A stretch of 64,000 nt of DNA. Origin: Acidobacteriota bacterium. Its GTDB lineage: Bacteria > Acidobacteriota > Thermoanaerobaculia > Gp7-AA8. A model generated the notes under the pieces. That model saw only the letters and a list, made by a program, of their open reading frames with translations. It had not been told where the DNA came from and made no database searches. Location of the stretch: contig JAFATB010000023.1 in the NCBI GenBank assembly GCA_019244185.1, positions 64,001 through 128,000 of the forward strand, in the 5' to 3' direction. A program made the translations under genes and the position numbers. Positions 20,343-29,799 of the stretch are shown in pieces. Within the stretch, counting starts at the first letter, position 1. Every line of letters begins with the position of its first letter.

Positions 20343-22235
20343 GTGGCCGAGTTCGATTACGTCGTGGTCGGATCGGGCGCCGGCGGCGGCACCGTCGCGG
20401 CGCGTCTCGCGGAGAACGGCTTCACCGTGCTGCTGCTCGAGGCCGGCGGCGATCCGTTGCAGATGCGCGGCACCGGTCCGGCCGCGGAACCGCCGGGGCA
20501 GAACCGCCTGCCCGACGATTACCTCGTGCCCGTCTTCCACGCGAACGCCGTCGAGAACGAGGCCATGCGCTGGGACTTTTTCGTGCGCCACTATCGCGAC
20601 GACGCGCTGCAACAGCGCGACGACAAATACCGCGCGACCTACAACGGCCAGCCCGTCGACGGCGTCCTCTATCCGCGCGCCGGCTGTCTCGGCGGCTGCA
20701 CCTCGCACAACGCGCTCATCACCGTCTACCCGCACAATCAGAACTGGGACGAGATCGCCGCGCTCACCGGCGACGCGTCGTGGTCCGCGGACAACATGCG
20801 CACGTACTGGCAGCGCCTCGAGAACTGCCACCATCGTCCCGGCTGGCGCTTCCTCGAGAAGCTGACGCGCTGGAATCCGACGCGCCACGGCTTCGGCGGC
20901 TGGCTGCATACCGAGGCCGCGATTCCGAAGGCGGCGTTGGACGACGGCAGCCTCAAGACGTTCATCATCGATACGGTCGCCGCGTGCACGCGCGAGCTCG
21001 GCAACTCGCTCGTCGAACGCATCCGCTGGTTCCTCCTCGGCCACGGCGATCCGAACGACTGGCGCCTCGTGCGCGAGAACGCGGTCGGCCTGCGCTACCC
21101 GCCGCTGGCCACACATCGTCACGTGCGCAACGGCACGCGCGAGCGCGTGCTCGCCGTCGCGAAACAACATCCGTCGCAGCTCACGATCGAGCTCAACGCG
21201 CTCGCGACGCGCGTGCTGTTCGACGACGCGAACCGCGCCATCGGCGTCGAGTACCGCAAAGGCGCGCGGCTGTATCGCGCGCACGCGCAGCCGAGCGGCG
21301 AAGAAGGACAGCTCAAAAAAGTCTTCGTGAAACGCGAGGTGATTCTCGCCGGCGGCGCGTTCAACACGCCGCAGCTGCTCATGCTCTCCGGCATCGGTCC
21401 GCGCGACGAGCTCGAGACACACGGCATCGACGTGCGCGTCGAACTGCCCGGCGTCGGCGCGAATCTGCAGGACCGCTATGAGGTCGGCATCGTCAACCGG
21501 ATGAACTTCAAGTCGTGGTGGATCCTCGACGACGCGCGGTTCGCCGCCGGCGACAAGCCGTACAAACAGTGGAAGAAACGGCGCAAAGGCGTGTACACGA
21601 CGAACGGTGCGGTCGCCGCGGTCATCCGCCGCTCGCTGCCCGAGCGTCCCGTGCCCGACCTCTTCGTCTTCGCGCTCCTCGGCAAGTTCTACGGCTACTT
21701 CCCCGGCTACTCCGCGCTCTTTCCGAAGTACCGCAACTATCTGACGTGGTGCATTCTCAAGGCGCACACGCGCAATTCCGCGGGACGGGTGCGCCTGCGC
21801 TCGACCGATCCGCGCGACACGCCGCTGATCGACTTCTCGTATTTCGCGGAAGGAAACGATCGCGCCGAGGAGGACTTGCGGTCGGTCGTGGCGGGCATCC
21901 GCTTCGTACGCGAGCTCACGCGGCCGCTGCGCGAGCGCGGCCTGATCGAGGAAGAGGAGCGTCCCGGCGAGGCACTGCAATCGGACGAGGCGTTGAGCGA
22001 TTACGTCCGTTACAACGCGTGGGGACACCACGCGTCGTGCACGTGCCCGATCGGCGACCGCGCGAACGGCGGCGTCGTCAACGGCGACTTCGAAGTGCAC
22101 GGCACGCGCAACCTGCGCATCGTCGACGCGTCGGTCTTCCCGAAAATCCCCGGCTTCTTCATCGTGAGCTCGGTCTACACGATCGCGGAGAAGGCGGCGG
22201 ATGTGATTGCGCGCGCGGCGCGGTCAGAGCCCTGA
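20343..22235 (+). CDS. GMC family oxidoreductase
   Basis: FDYVVVGSGAGG, LEAG, PRAGCLGG, FNTPQLLMLSGIG, VGANLQD, LRIVDASVFP. Alternative TTG start at 20325. Confidence 0.92.
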   Translation: MAEFDYVVVGSGAGGGTVAARLAENGFTVLLLEAGGDPLQMRGTGPAAEPPGQNRLPDDYLVPVFHANAVENEAMRWDFFVRHYRDDALQQRDDKYRATYNGQPVDGVLYPRAGCLGGCTSHNALITVYPHNQNWDEIAALTGDASWSADNMRTYWQRLENCHHRPGWRFLEKLTRWNPTRHGFGGWLHTEAAIPKAALDDGSLKTFIIDTVAACTRELGNSLVERIRWFLLGHGDPNDWRLVRENAVGLRYPPLATHRHVRNGTRERVLAVAKQHPSQLTIELNALATRVLFDDANRAIGVEYRKGARLYRAHAQPSGEEGQLKKVFVKREVILAGGAFNTPQLLMLSGIGPRDELETHGIDVRVELPGVGANLQDRYEVGIVNRMNFKSWWILDDARFAAGDKPYKQWKKRRKGVYTTNGAVAAVIRRSLPERPVPDLFVFALLGKFYGYFPGYSALFPKYRNYLTWCILKAHTRNSAGRVRLRSTDPRDTPLIDFSYFAEGNDRAEEDLRSVVAGIRFVRELTRPLRERGLIEEEERPGEALQSDEALSDYVRYNAWGHHASCTCPIGDRANGGVVNGDFEVHGTRNLRIVDASVFPKIPGFFIVSSVYTIAEKAADVIARAARSEP

Positions 22236-22970
22236 AGCGGTGCGCGCGCGATACCGCGCGATGACGTCCGCCGCCGGCCCGTCCGCCACCACCCGCGCTT
22301 CCTCGACCCAGATCACGCGCGAGCAGAGGCTGGCCACGACGTCGAGCTCGTGCGAGACGACGACGACGGTGGCGCCGTTCGTGACGAACCGTTCGATGCG
22401 CGCCTGGCACTGACGGCGGAACGAGGCGTCGCCGACGGCGAGGATCTCGTCGAGCAGGATCGTGTCCGCTTCGATGGCGGTGGCGACGGCGAAGGCGAGC
22501 CGCGCGACCATGCCGGTCGAGTACGTGCGCAACGGCGCATCGATCGACGCGGCGATGCCGGAGAAGGCGATGATGTCGTCGGCGCGCGCGCGCATGTAGG
22601 CGCGGGAGCAGCCGAGGAGCGCGCCGTTGAAGAAAATGTTCTCGCGGCCGGAGAGCTCGGCCTCGAAGCCGGTGCCGAGCTCCATCACCGGCGCCACCGT
22701 GCCGCGGCTGAGCGCGGTGCCGAGGGACGGCGGGATGATGCCCGCGGCGACGCGCAGCAGCGTCGACTTGCCGGCGCCGTTCGGGCCGATGATGCCGACC
22801 GCCTCGCCGTGAGGAATGGCCAGCGTCACGTCGCGCAGTCCGTAGCGGAACTCCGACTTGCGATGCGCGGCGAAGCCGCTCACGAGCGCGGCCTTGAAGC
22901 TGTGGATCTTCGCCGCGCGATAGCGCACGCTCACGTTCTCGAGCTCGATCGCGTTGTCGGCGGCGTTCAT
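22224..22970 (-). CDS. wzt: Polysaccharide ABC exporter ATP-binding protein
   Basis: GPNGAGKSTLL, LSGRENI, YSTGMVARLAF, LLDEILAVGDASF. Confidence 0.88.
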   Translation of the reverse strand: MNAADNAIELENVSVRYRAAKIHSFKAALVSGFAAHRKSEFRYGLRDVTLAIPHGEAVGIIGPNGAGKSTLLRVAAGIIPPSLGTALSRGTVAPVMELGTGFEAELSGRENIFFNGALLGCSRAYMRARADDIIAFSGIAASIDAPLRTYSTGMVARLAFAVATAIEADTILLDEILAVGDASFRRQCQARIERFVTNGATVVVVSHELDVVASLCSRVIWVEEARVVADGPAADVIARYRARTASGL

Positions 22971-22972
22971 GA

Positions 22973-23821
22973 TCAGAGGTGCGCGTGGAAGCGCGGCGCC
23001 ATGTGGCGGAAGATCATCCAGCCGATGCAGACGGCGCCGAGCGAGATCACGATGCTGACGCCGAGCGTCTCCGGCGTCGGCAGGATGCCGTAGTAAATCG
23101 GATCGCGAACGATCTCCACGATGTAGACCAGCGGATTGAGCTTGATCAGCCACCGGAAGCGGTCGGGGATGATCGAGATCGGGTAAATGATCGGCGTCAG
23201 ATAGAGGAGCGCCGGCATGCCCGCCTGCACCATCTCGCGCACGTCGCCGAAGAAGATCGACGCGGCGGTGAGCGCGAGCGCGGTGCCGAAGGTGAAGAGG
23301 CCGACGAGCAGAAGACTGATCGGCAGGAACCAGAGCGTCGCGTGCAGCGGCGCGCCGACGACGAGCATGATCGCGAAGAGCACGAGCAGCGAGAGCCCAA
23401 CGTTGACGAGGCCCGAGATCGCGATCGAGAGCGTGAAGATCGACTGCGGCACGCGGACGCGTTTCATCAGCGGACCGTTCCAGGCCACGCTGGCCATGGC
23501 GTTGACCGTCGTCTGCGCGAAGAAGTTCCACGCCACGTACGCGGAGAGAAAGTACGTCTCGTAGTGTGGCGCGCGCTCGCGGAACATGGTCGCAAAGACG
23601 ACCGTGAAGATGAGCATCAGCAGCAGCGGATGCAGCATCGTCCACAGAAACCCGAGCACCGAGCGTTTGTAGCGGACGGTGAGGTCGCGGTGCACGAGCT
23701 CGTAGAGGAGGCCCGCGTGCGCGCGCAGGTCGCGCAGCTCGCTCGTCCACCGCAGCGGCTCGCCGGCGACGGTGCGGCGCACGAGGGCATGGCTCGCGCC
23801 GAAGGACGATGCGGTGGACAC
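22973..23821 (-). CDS. wzm: Polysaccharide ABC exporter permease
   Basis: RDLTVRYKRSVLGFLWTMLHPL, YLTPIIYP, LNPL. Confidence 0.9.
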   Translation of the reverse strand: MSTASSFGASHALVRRTVAGEPLRWTSELRDLRAHAGLLYELVHRDLTVRYKRSVLGFLWTMLHPLLLMLIFTVVFATMFRERAPHYETYFLSAYVAWNFFAQTTVNAMASVAWNGPLMKRVRVPQSIFTLSIAISGLVNVGLSLLVLFAIMLVVGAPLHATLWFLPISLLLVGLFTFGTALALTAASIFFGDVREMVQAGMPALLYLTPIIYPISIIPDRFRWLIKLNPLVYIVEIVRDPIYYGILPTPETLGVSIVISLGAVCIGWMIFRHMAPRFHAHL

Positions 23822-23877
23822 GGCGCACCTTGTACGCGAGCAGCGGGGGGCGAAGCAAGCCTTCTACAATCCGCGGA

Positions 23878-26010
23878 GTGCAGTGGATCCGACCGCTCGA
23901 CTGGACGCGCGGCGCGCATCGTCCGCCGGCCGCGCCGCCCGAGCGCGTCGACGTGATCGTGCCGGTCTACGGCGCGGCCGCGGAGCTCGCGGCGTGTCTG
24001 GCGAGCGTCGTGGCGCACACGGACCTCGCGCGGCATCGCGTGGTGCTGGTCGTCGACGGACCGCAGGACGCGGAGGTGGAGGCGGTGGTCGCGCGGGATC
24101 CGCGGATGCACGTGCTGCGCAATGACGAGCGGCTCGGCTTCGCGGCGTCGGTGAACCGCGGCATGGCCGCGTCGGCGACGGACGTCGTGCTGCTCAACAG
24201 CGACACGGTCGTGACGGCGCGGTGGCTGGAGAAGCTGATCGACGCCGCATATGCGTCGGGCGATACGGGGACGGTCACGCCGCTGTCGAACGACGCGACG
24301 CTCTGTTCGGTGCCGCGCGCGTTCGCGGAGAACCTCCTGCCCGCGGGCTACGACGTCGCGTCGTTCGCGGAGCTGGTCGAGCGCGCGTCGGCACGCGCGC
24401 GGCCGCTGCTGCCGACCGCGGTCGGCTTCTGCATGTACATCCGCCGCGCGTTGCTCGACGACATCGGGCTCTTCGACGCGCAACGCTTCGGCGCGGGCTA
24501 CGGCGAGGAAAACGATTTCTGCCTGCGCGCGCTCGCGCGCGGCTGGCTGCACGTCGCCGACGACGCGACGTTCGTCTACCACGCCGGCCATCGCAGTTTC
24601 GGCGCGTCGCGCGCGGAGCGGCAGCGCGCCGCGCGCGCCGCGCTCAGCCGCCGGCATCGACGCTATCTGGCCACGATCGCGGAGCTCATGCGTCGTGATC
24701 CGCTCGCGCCGGTGCGGGCGCGCATCGAGTCCGCGCTTGCCTCGCAATCGGACGGCGAACATCTGCGGGTCGTGCACCTCGTCCACGGCTGGCCGCCGTT
24801 CCAGCACGCGGGCACCGAGCTCTACGCGTACTGGCTCGCGCGTCGGCAGCGTGCGATGCATGACGTCGCGGTGTACGCGCGCGCCGCCGATCCCGCGCGC
24901 GCGGACTGCGAGGCGGTGGAGCTCGTCGACGGCGGCATGCGCGTGCGCCTCGTGACGAATCACTTCACCGCGCGCAATCCGCTGCGGCGCAATGCCCTTC
25001 GCAACCGCGCGCTCGAACGTGACTTCGCGCGCTTTCTCGCCGAGACGCGCGCGGAGCTGTTGCACGTGCACCACCTCGCCGGCCACGCGTTCTCGCTCGT
25101 ACGCGTGGCGCGGCGGATGGGCATTCCGATCGTGCTGCAGATTCAGGACTGGTGGTTCGTCTGCGCGCGCGTGAATCAGTTTCACCGCGACGGCGTGCGT
25201 TGCGCGGGACCGGCGCCGGAGAAATGCGCGCGCTGCGTGACGCTGACGCGCGTGCCGCCGGCGATGCTGACGAACCGCCTCGTGCATGCGCTGCGTCGCC
25301 GCGAGGCGCGCGCGGCGCTCCGCGCGGCGGATGCGTTCATCGCCGGCTCGCAGGCGATCCGCGACGACTACGCGAAGGTCGTTCCGCGCGCGACGCCGTT
25401 TCACGTGCTGCCGTACGGCGTGGCCATCGAGCGCAACGACGCGCCGCGTCCGCTGGCGCGCAGGCCGTTGCGTTTCGGCTACGTCGGCTCCATCGCGCCG
25501 CACAAGGGCGTGCACATCGCGGTGGAGGCAATGCGCGGCATCGAGCCGTCCGACGCGACGCTGCACCTCTGGGGCGACGCGGCCGCGTACCCCGACTACG
25601 TCGCGTCGATGCCGCATGGCGCGAACGTGGTCTTCGAGGGGCGCTTCGAGGAAGGGGACAAGCCGCGCGTCTACGCGTCGATGGACGTGCTGCTCGTGCC
25701 GTCGATCGGCCTCGAGTCGTTCGGCCTCGCGCCGCGCGAGGCGATGGCCTCCGGCGTGCCGGTGATCGCGACGAGCGGCGGCGCGCTGTCCGAGATGTTC
25801 GCGCCCAACACCTGCGGCGAGTTCGTCCCGCCCGGCGATGTCGCGGCGCTGCGCGTGCTGCTGCAGCGCGCGATCGCGGAGCCGTCGATCGTCGACGCGT
25901 GGCGCGCGCGCCTGCCTCGGCCGAAGAGCGAGGAGGCGCACGCGGAGGAGATCGAGCGGGTGTATCGGGAGGTGGTGGGCGGCGCCGGCGCGGAGCGTAC
26001 GCGGCGATGA
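23878..26010 (+). CDS. Two-domain glycosyltransferase (GT2 + GT4)
   Basis: VDVIVPVY, LLNSD, GEENDF (GT2); VHGWPP, HVHH, PHKG, ESFGL..EA (GT4). Confidence 0.88.
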   Translation: MQWIRPLDWTRGAHRPPAAPPERVDVIVPVYGAAAELAACLASVVAHTDLARHRVVLVVDGPQDAEVEAVVARDPRMHVLRNDERLGFAASVNRGMAASATDVVLLNSDTVVTARWLEKLIDAAYASGDTGTVTPLSNDATLCSVPRAFAENLLPAGYDVASFAELVERASARARPLLPTAVGFCMYIRRALLDDIGLFDAQRFGAGYGEENDFCLRALARGWLHVADDATFVYHAGHRSFGASRAERQRAARAALSRRHRRYLATIAELMRRDPLAPVRARIESALASQSDGEHLRVVHLVHGWPPFQHAGTELYAYWLARRQRAMHDVAVYARAADPARADCEAVELVDGGMRVRLVTNHFTARNPLRRNALRNRALERDFARFLAETRAELLHVHHLAGHAFSLVRVARRMGIPIVLQIQDWWFVCARVNQFHRDGVRCAGPAPEKCARCVTLTRVPPAMLTNRLVHALRRREARAALRAADAFIAGSQAIRDDYAKVVPRATPFHVLPYGVAIERNDAPRPLARRPLRFGYVGSIAPHKGVHIAVEAMRGIEPSDATLHLWGDAAAYPDYVASMPHGANVVFEGRFEEGDKPRVYASMDVLLVPSIGLESFGLAPREAMASGVPVIATSGGALSEMFAPNTCGEFVPPGDVAALRVLLQRAIAEPSIVDAWRARLPRPKSEEAHAEEIERVYREVVGGAGAERTRR

Positions 26011-27161
26011 TGCGCGCGCTCGTGAACGTCCTGCGCGGCGAAGGCTTCGCCTCCGCCGCCCGCCGCGCGAACGAACGCATCGACGAAGCCGCGCGTGCGG
26101 CGGTTTTGCGCGCGCGCGGGCGGTTCGTGTCTGTGCCGCGTGTCGACATCCTCAACCTCTCCGCGACGAGCGTCGCTCCGCGCACGGGCGGCGTTGCGGT
26201 GCAATTGCGCGCGCGGCTCGACACGGAACGCGCGCTACGGCCGGTCGCGCTGCTGCATCCGGGAGGCCTCGAGTGTTCGGCGCCGGTGCCGCACGCGCGG
26301 GCGGGCGGGTGGCGGAGGGCGGCGGACTTCGACGTCGCCGTGCGCGAGGCGTTGACGCGCAGCGGCGCGAACGCCGTGCACATCGAAGGCACGAGCGAGT
26401 TGCCGCTCGCGGACGTGCTGCGCTGGATCGACGCGGGCGTCGCGGTCGTCGTCAGCGTGCACGATCGCACGCTTCTCGACGCGCAGCCGCGCGCGCTCGC
26501 GCTGCAGCTGCTGCGCGACGCACGCGGTTTGATCTTTCCGTCGCGCTTTCTGCTCGACGCGTATCGCGTCGAGTTCGGATTGCCGCTCGCGCATGCGCGC
26601 ATCGTCGCGCCCGCGACGCCGGTGCCGCGCGCCTTCACGCGTGCGAACGCGCCGCGCGGCGTTGCGTTTGCGGGGAGTGTGCAACGTCACAAAGGCGGCG
26701 CGTTGCTCGCGGACATCGCGCGCGCCTTGCCGGCGCAGCTCCATCTCTTCGGCGGCGGCGACGTCGAGTTGCTGCGCGGCTTGCGCGCGCTCCGCAATGT
26801 CCGCGTGCACGGCTACTACCGCGCGGGCACGCTGCCGTCGCTGCTCGCGCGGCACGGCATCGGGCTCGTGCTCCTGCCGTCGATCGTGCCGGAGTCGTAT
26901 TCGCTCGTCCTCTCCGAATCGTGGCTCGCCGGCGCCGACGTCCTCGCCTTCGACCTCGGCGCAACCGCCGATCGCATCCGCGACGAAGGCGGCGGCCTCC
27001 TCGCGCCGCTCGCATCCGGCGCCGACGGCATCACGACGCTCGCGCGTCGCTGGCTCGACGGCGAACGTCCGCCGCATCGCGCGCATGCGATCGCATCGCC
27101 GCTCGACGCCGCGCGCGCGCACGTGGCGCTCTATCGCGAATGGGGCTTGTTGCCCGGCTGA
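26007..27161 (+). CDS. Glycosyltransferase (GT4-like)
   Basis: RHKG and PSIVPESYSLVLSE; ATGA overlap with the upstream gene. Confidence 0.8.
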   Translation: MMRALVNVLRGEGFASAARRANERIDEAARAAVLRARGRFVSVPRVDILNLSATSVAPRTGGVAVQLRARLDTERALRPVALLHPGGLECSAPVPHARAGGWRRAADFDVAVREALTRSGANAVHIEGTSELPLADVLRWIDAGVAVVVSVHDRTLLDAQPRALALQLLRDARGLIFPSRFLLDAYRVEFGLPLAHARIVAPATPVPRAFTRANAPRGVAFAGSVQRHKGGALLADIARALPAQLHLFGGGDVELLRGLRALRNVRVHGYYRAGTLPSLLARHGIGLVLLPSIVPESYSLVLSESWLAGADVLAFDLGATADRIRDEGGGLLAPLASGADGITTLARRWLDGERPPHRAHAIASPLDAARAHVALYREWGLLPG

Positions 27162-28810
27162 ACGCGCCAGAGCTGCGCGGCGCGGTCTTCGTAGACGAGC
27201 TCCATACCGCCGTTCGCGCGCGGCGGCGGGCAGACGCGTTTCGCGACGAGGAACGATTCGATCGCCAGCGGACGCAGGCGCGCGGCGATCGCGTCGGTGT
27301 CGTGCGCGTCGCCGAGGACGCGGGCGATCGAGAATGGTCCGACGACGTCGCCGAGGAGCGAGCCGCGCGCGTAGTCCTTCAGCTGCTCGCCGCCGCAGAC
27401 GTAGACGCGCGTCGTGCCGGCGCGCTGCACCGCGGCGTACTCGGGCACGTGCCGCGCGAGGAACGCCTCGCGCGCGGCGGGAGTGAGTGGCGGCGGCCCG
27501 AGGACGACGAGACGATAGATGATGTAGAGCACGCCGGGCGCGACGGCGATGCAGGCGAGCGCGTTCACGAGCGAGGGACGCCGCGCCGCGATGGCGGCGG
27601 CCGCGGTCATGCTCAGCAGCGGCAGCAGCGGAACGAGATAACGCGAGTCCTGCGGCAGGAACGTGAAGATCACGACGTACGCGGCGCAGAGGATCGCCAC
27701 GCAGCGCGCGCGTAGGTCGCGCATCGCGGCGGCGAGCACGACGATCAGCATGACCACGAGCAGCGGCGTCACCGGCGGCTGCGCGTTGACGTATTCGCGC
27801 GCGACGGTCGCGTCCCATGTCAGCCGCGCGATGCGCAACGCGCGCGCGCCGGCTGACATTGACACCATCGGATGCGACCAGACGTTCGCGCCGAAGACAC
27901 CCGGCAGAAACGGGAAGACCGGATTGCCGCTGTTCGCGACGAGCCAGAGCGTCGTCGGCAGCGCGCACGCGAGCATCGTGATCATGAGCGTCGGCGCGGC
28001 GCGCACGCGGTCGCGCGCGAGGATGAGCACGATGACGAAGGCCGCGACGGCAAAGTAGCCGCCGAGGTACTTCACGCCGCACGCGGTGCCGCAGAAGACG
28101 CCGGTGAGGAGGAGGGAGAGGCGGTCGTCGCGCTCGAGAAAGCGATCGAGGCAGACGAAGCCGGCGGTGACGAACATCGCCAGCGCGGCGTCGACGTACG
28201 TGAGCGTGCCGAGGTGCAGCACGAGCGGACTGCCGAGGAAGAGCGCGGCGGCGAGCAGGCCGATGCGCGGGCGCCACGCGACGAGCAGCGCGGCGGTGAC
28301 GATCAGCTCGGCGAAGGCGACGAGGTGCGTGGCGGTGTCACCCGCGAACAGGAGCACCGGCGCGCAGAGCAGCTCGTGCAGCTGCGGAAAGAGGGGGAAG
28401 CGCAGCTCCGGCTGAAATGCGAGCGTGCCCGAACGCGCCAGCGCGCGCACGAACGGCAGGTGGTACAGCGTCTCGTCGAACGCGAGCGGCGGAAAGAGCG
28501 CGAGCGGAAAGAGCAGCGCGAACAGCGCGATGCCGGCGCCGGTCGCGACGTCGGCATGCGGCACGCGCAGTCCACGCCGAACGCCGCCCGCAATCGCGAT
28601 GACGAGCAGCGCGACGACCGCGCCCGCGCGCAACGCGCCGCAAAGTGCGAGCGCGAACAGCGCGTGCGCGAAGAGCGCGAGTCCGAGCGCGCAGCGCGTT
28701 GGCAGGTCGCAGCGCGTTCCGACGGCGAGCGTGCCCGCGCCCGCGGCGGCGAGCAGCACGAAGCACGGCACCGCGGCGCAAGTCATGACGAAAAGCAATC
28801 CGGCGTTCAC
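27131..28810 (-). CDS. Multi-pass membrane glycosyltransferase (GT-C / ArnT-PMT-like)
   Basis: Many TM helices, FDETLYHLP, YVD, GVKY, GNPVFPF, RYLVP. Start uncertain (28810 or 28786). Confidence 0.75.
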   Translation of the reverse strand: MNAGLLFVMTCAAVPCFVLLAAAGAGTLAVGTRCDLPTRCALGLALFAHALFALALCGALRAGAVVALLVIAIAGGVRRGLRVPHADVATGAGIALFALLFPLALFPPLAFDETLYHLPFVRALARSGTLAFQPELRFPLFPQLHELLCAPVLLFAGDTATHLVAFAELIVTAALLVAWRPRIGLLAAALFLGSPLVLHLGTLTYVDAALAMFVTAGFVCLDRFLERDDRLSLLLTGVFCGTACGVKYLGGYFAVAAFVIVLILARDRVRAAPTLMITMLACALPTTLWLVANSGNPVFPFLPGVFGANVWSHPMVSMSAGARALRIARLTWDATVAREYVNAQPPVTPLLVVMLIVVLAAAMRDLRARCVAILCAAYVVIFTFLPQDSRYLVPLLPLLSMTAAAAIAARRPSLVNALACIAVAPGVLYIIYRLVVLGPPPLTPAAREAFLARHVPEYAAVQRAGTTRVYVCGGEQLKDYARGSLLGDVVGPFSIARVLGDAHDTDAIAARLRPLAIESFLVAKRVCPPPRANGGMELVYEDRAAQLWRVQPGNKPHSR

Positions 28811-28836
28811 GCGTCGCGTATCATGCGCGACCACTG

Positions 28837-29799
28837 ATGAAAACGGCGCTGATCTTCGGCGTGTCGGGGCAGGACGGCGCGTATCTCTCGCGGCTGCTCC
28901 TCGACAAGCAGTACGCCGTGCACGGCACCTCGCGCGACGCCGCGCGGCAGCCGTTCGCGCGCCTCGAAACGCTCGGCATCCGCGACCGCGTCACGACGCA
29001 CACGCTGTCGACGACCGACGCCGCCGCGCTGCGCCGCCTCATCGACGAAGTGCGCCCCGACGAGGTCTACAACCTCAGCGGCGTGAGCTCGGTCGCGCTG
29101 TCGTTCGCCGACCCCGCGCTGACGCGCGCGTCGATCGTCGAGGCGCAGACGCTCATCCTCGAAACGATCCGCACGCAACTGCCGTCCGCGCGGCTCTATC
29201 ACTCGGGCTCCAGCGAGTGTTTCGGCGACCGGCCGTTCGGCACCGCGAGCGACGAGGAGACGCCGCTCGCGCCGCGCAGTCCCTATGCTGAAGCGAAGGC
29301 TGACGCGCATCGCGCGACCATTGCGTATCGCGAGCGCCACGGCCTGCACGCGTCGTCGGGCATCGTCTTCAATCACGAGTCGCCGCTGCGCGGCGAGACG
29401 TTCGTGACGAAGAAGATCGTCGCCGGCGCCGCCGCGATCGCCGCCGGCCGCGCCGCCGACAAGCTCCACCTCGGCGATCTCTCCGCGTCGCGCGACTGGG
29501 GCTACGCCGCCGAATACGTCGAGGCGATGTGGTGCATGCTGCAGCAGGACGCGCCGGACGATTACGTGATCGCGACCGGCGAGAGCCATACGGTCGAGGA
29601 GTTCGCGTCCGCGGCGTTCGCGGAGCTCGGCCTCGACGCGCGCGAGCACATCGTCAGCGATCCGTCGCTCCTGCGCCGCGCGGAACTGCACTACAGCCGC
29701 GGCAACCCTTCGCGCGCGCGCGACATCCTCGGCTGGGAAGCGCGCACGAAGTTCCACGCGCTCGTGCGCCTGCTCGCCGGCGCCGCGCGCTTACAGTAG
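28837..29799 (+). CDS. gmd: GDP-mannose 4,6-dehydratase family
   Basis: GVSGQDGAYL, SSE, PRSPYAEAK, FNHESPLRG, RDWG. Confidence 0.9.
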   Translation: MKTALIFGVSGQDGAYLSRLLLDKQYAVHGTSRDAARQPFARLETLGIRDRVTTHTLSTTDAAALRRLIDEVRPDEVYNLSGVSSVALSFADPALTRASIVEAQTLILETIRTQLPSARLYHSGSSECFGDRPFGTASDEETPLAPRSPYAEAKADAHRATIAYRERHGLHASSGIVFNHESPLRGETFVTKKIVAGAAAIAAGRAADKLHLGDLSASRDWGYAAEYVEAMWCMLQQDAPDDYVIATGESHTVEEFASAAFAELGLDAREHIVSDPSLLRRAELHYSRGNPSRARDILGWEARTKFHALVRLLAGAARLQ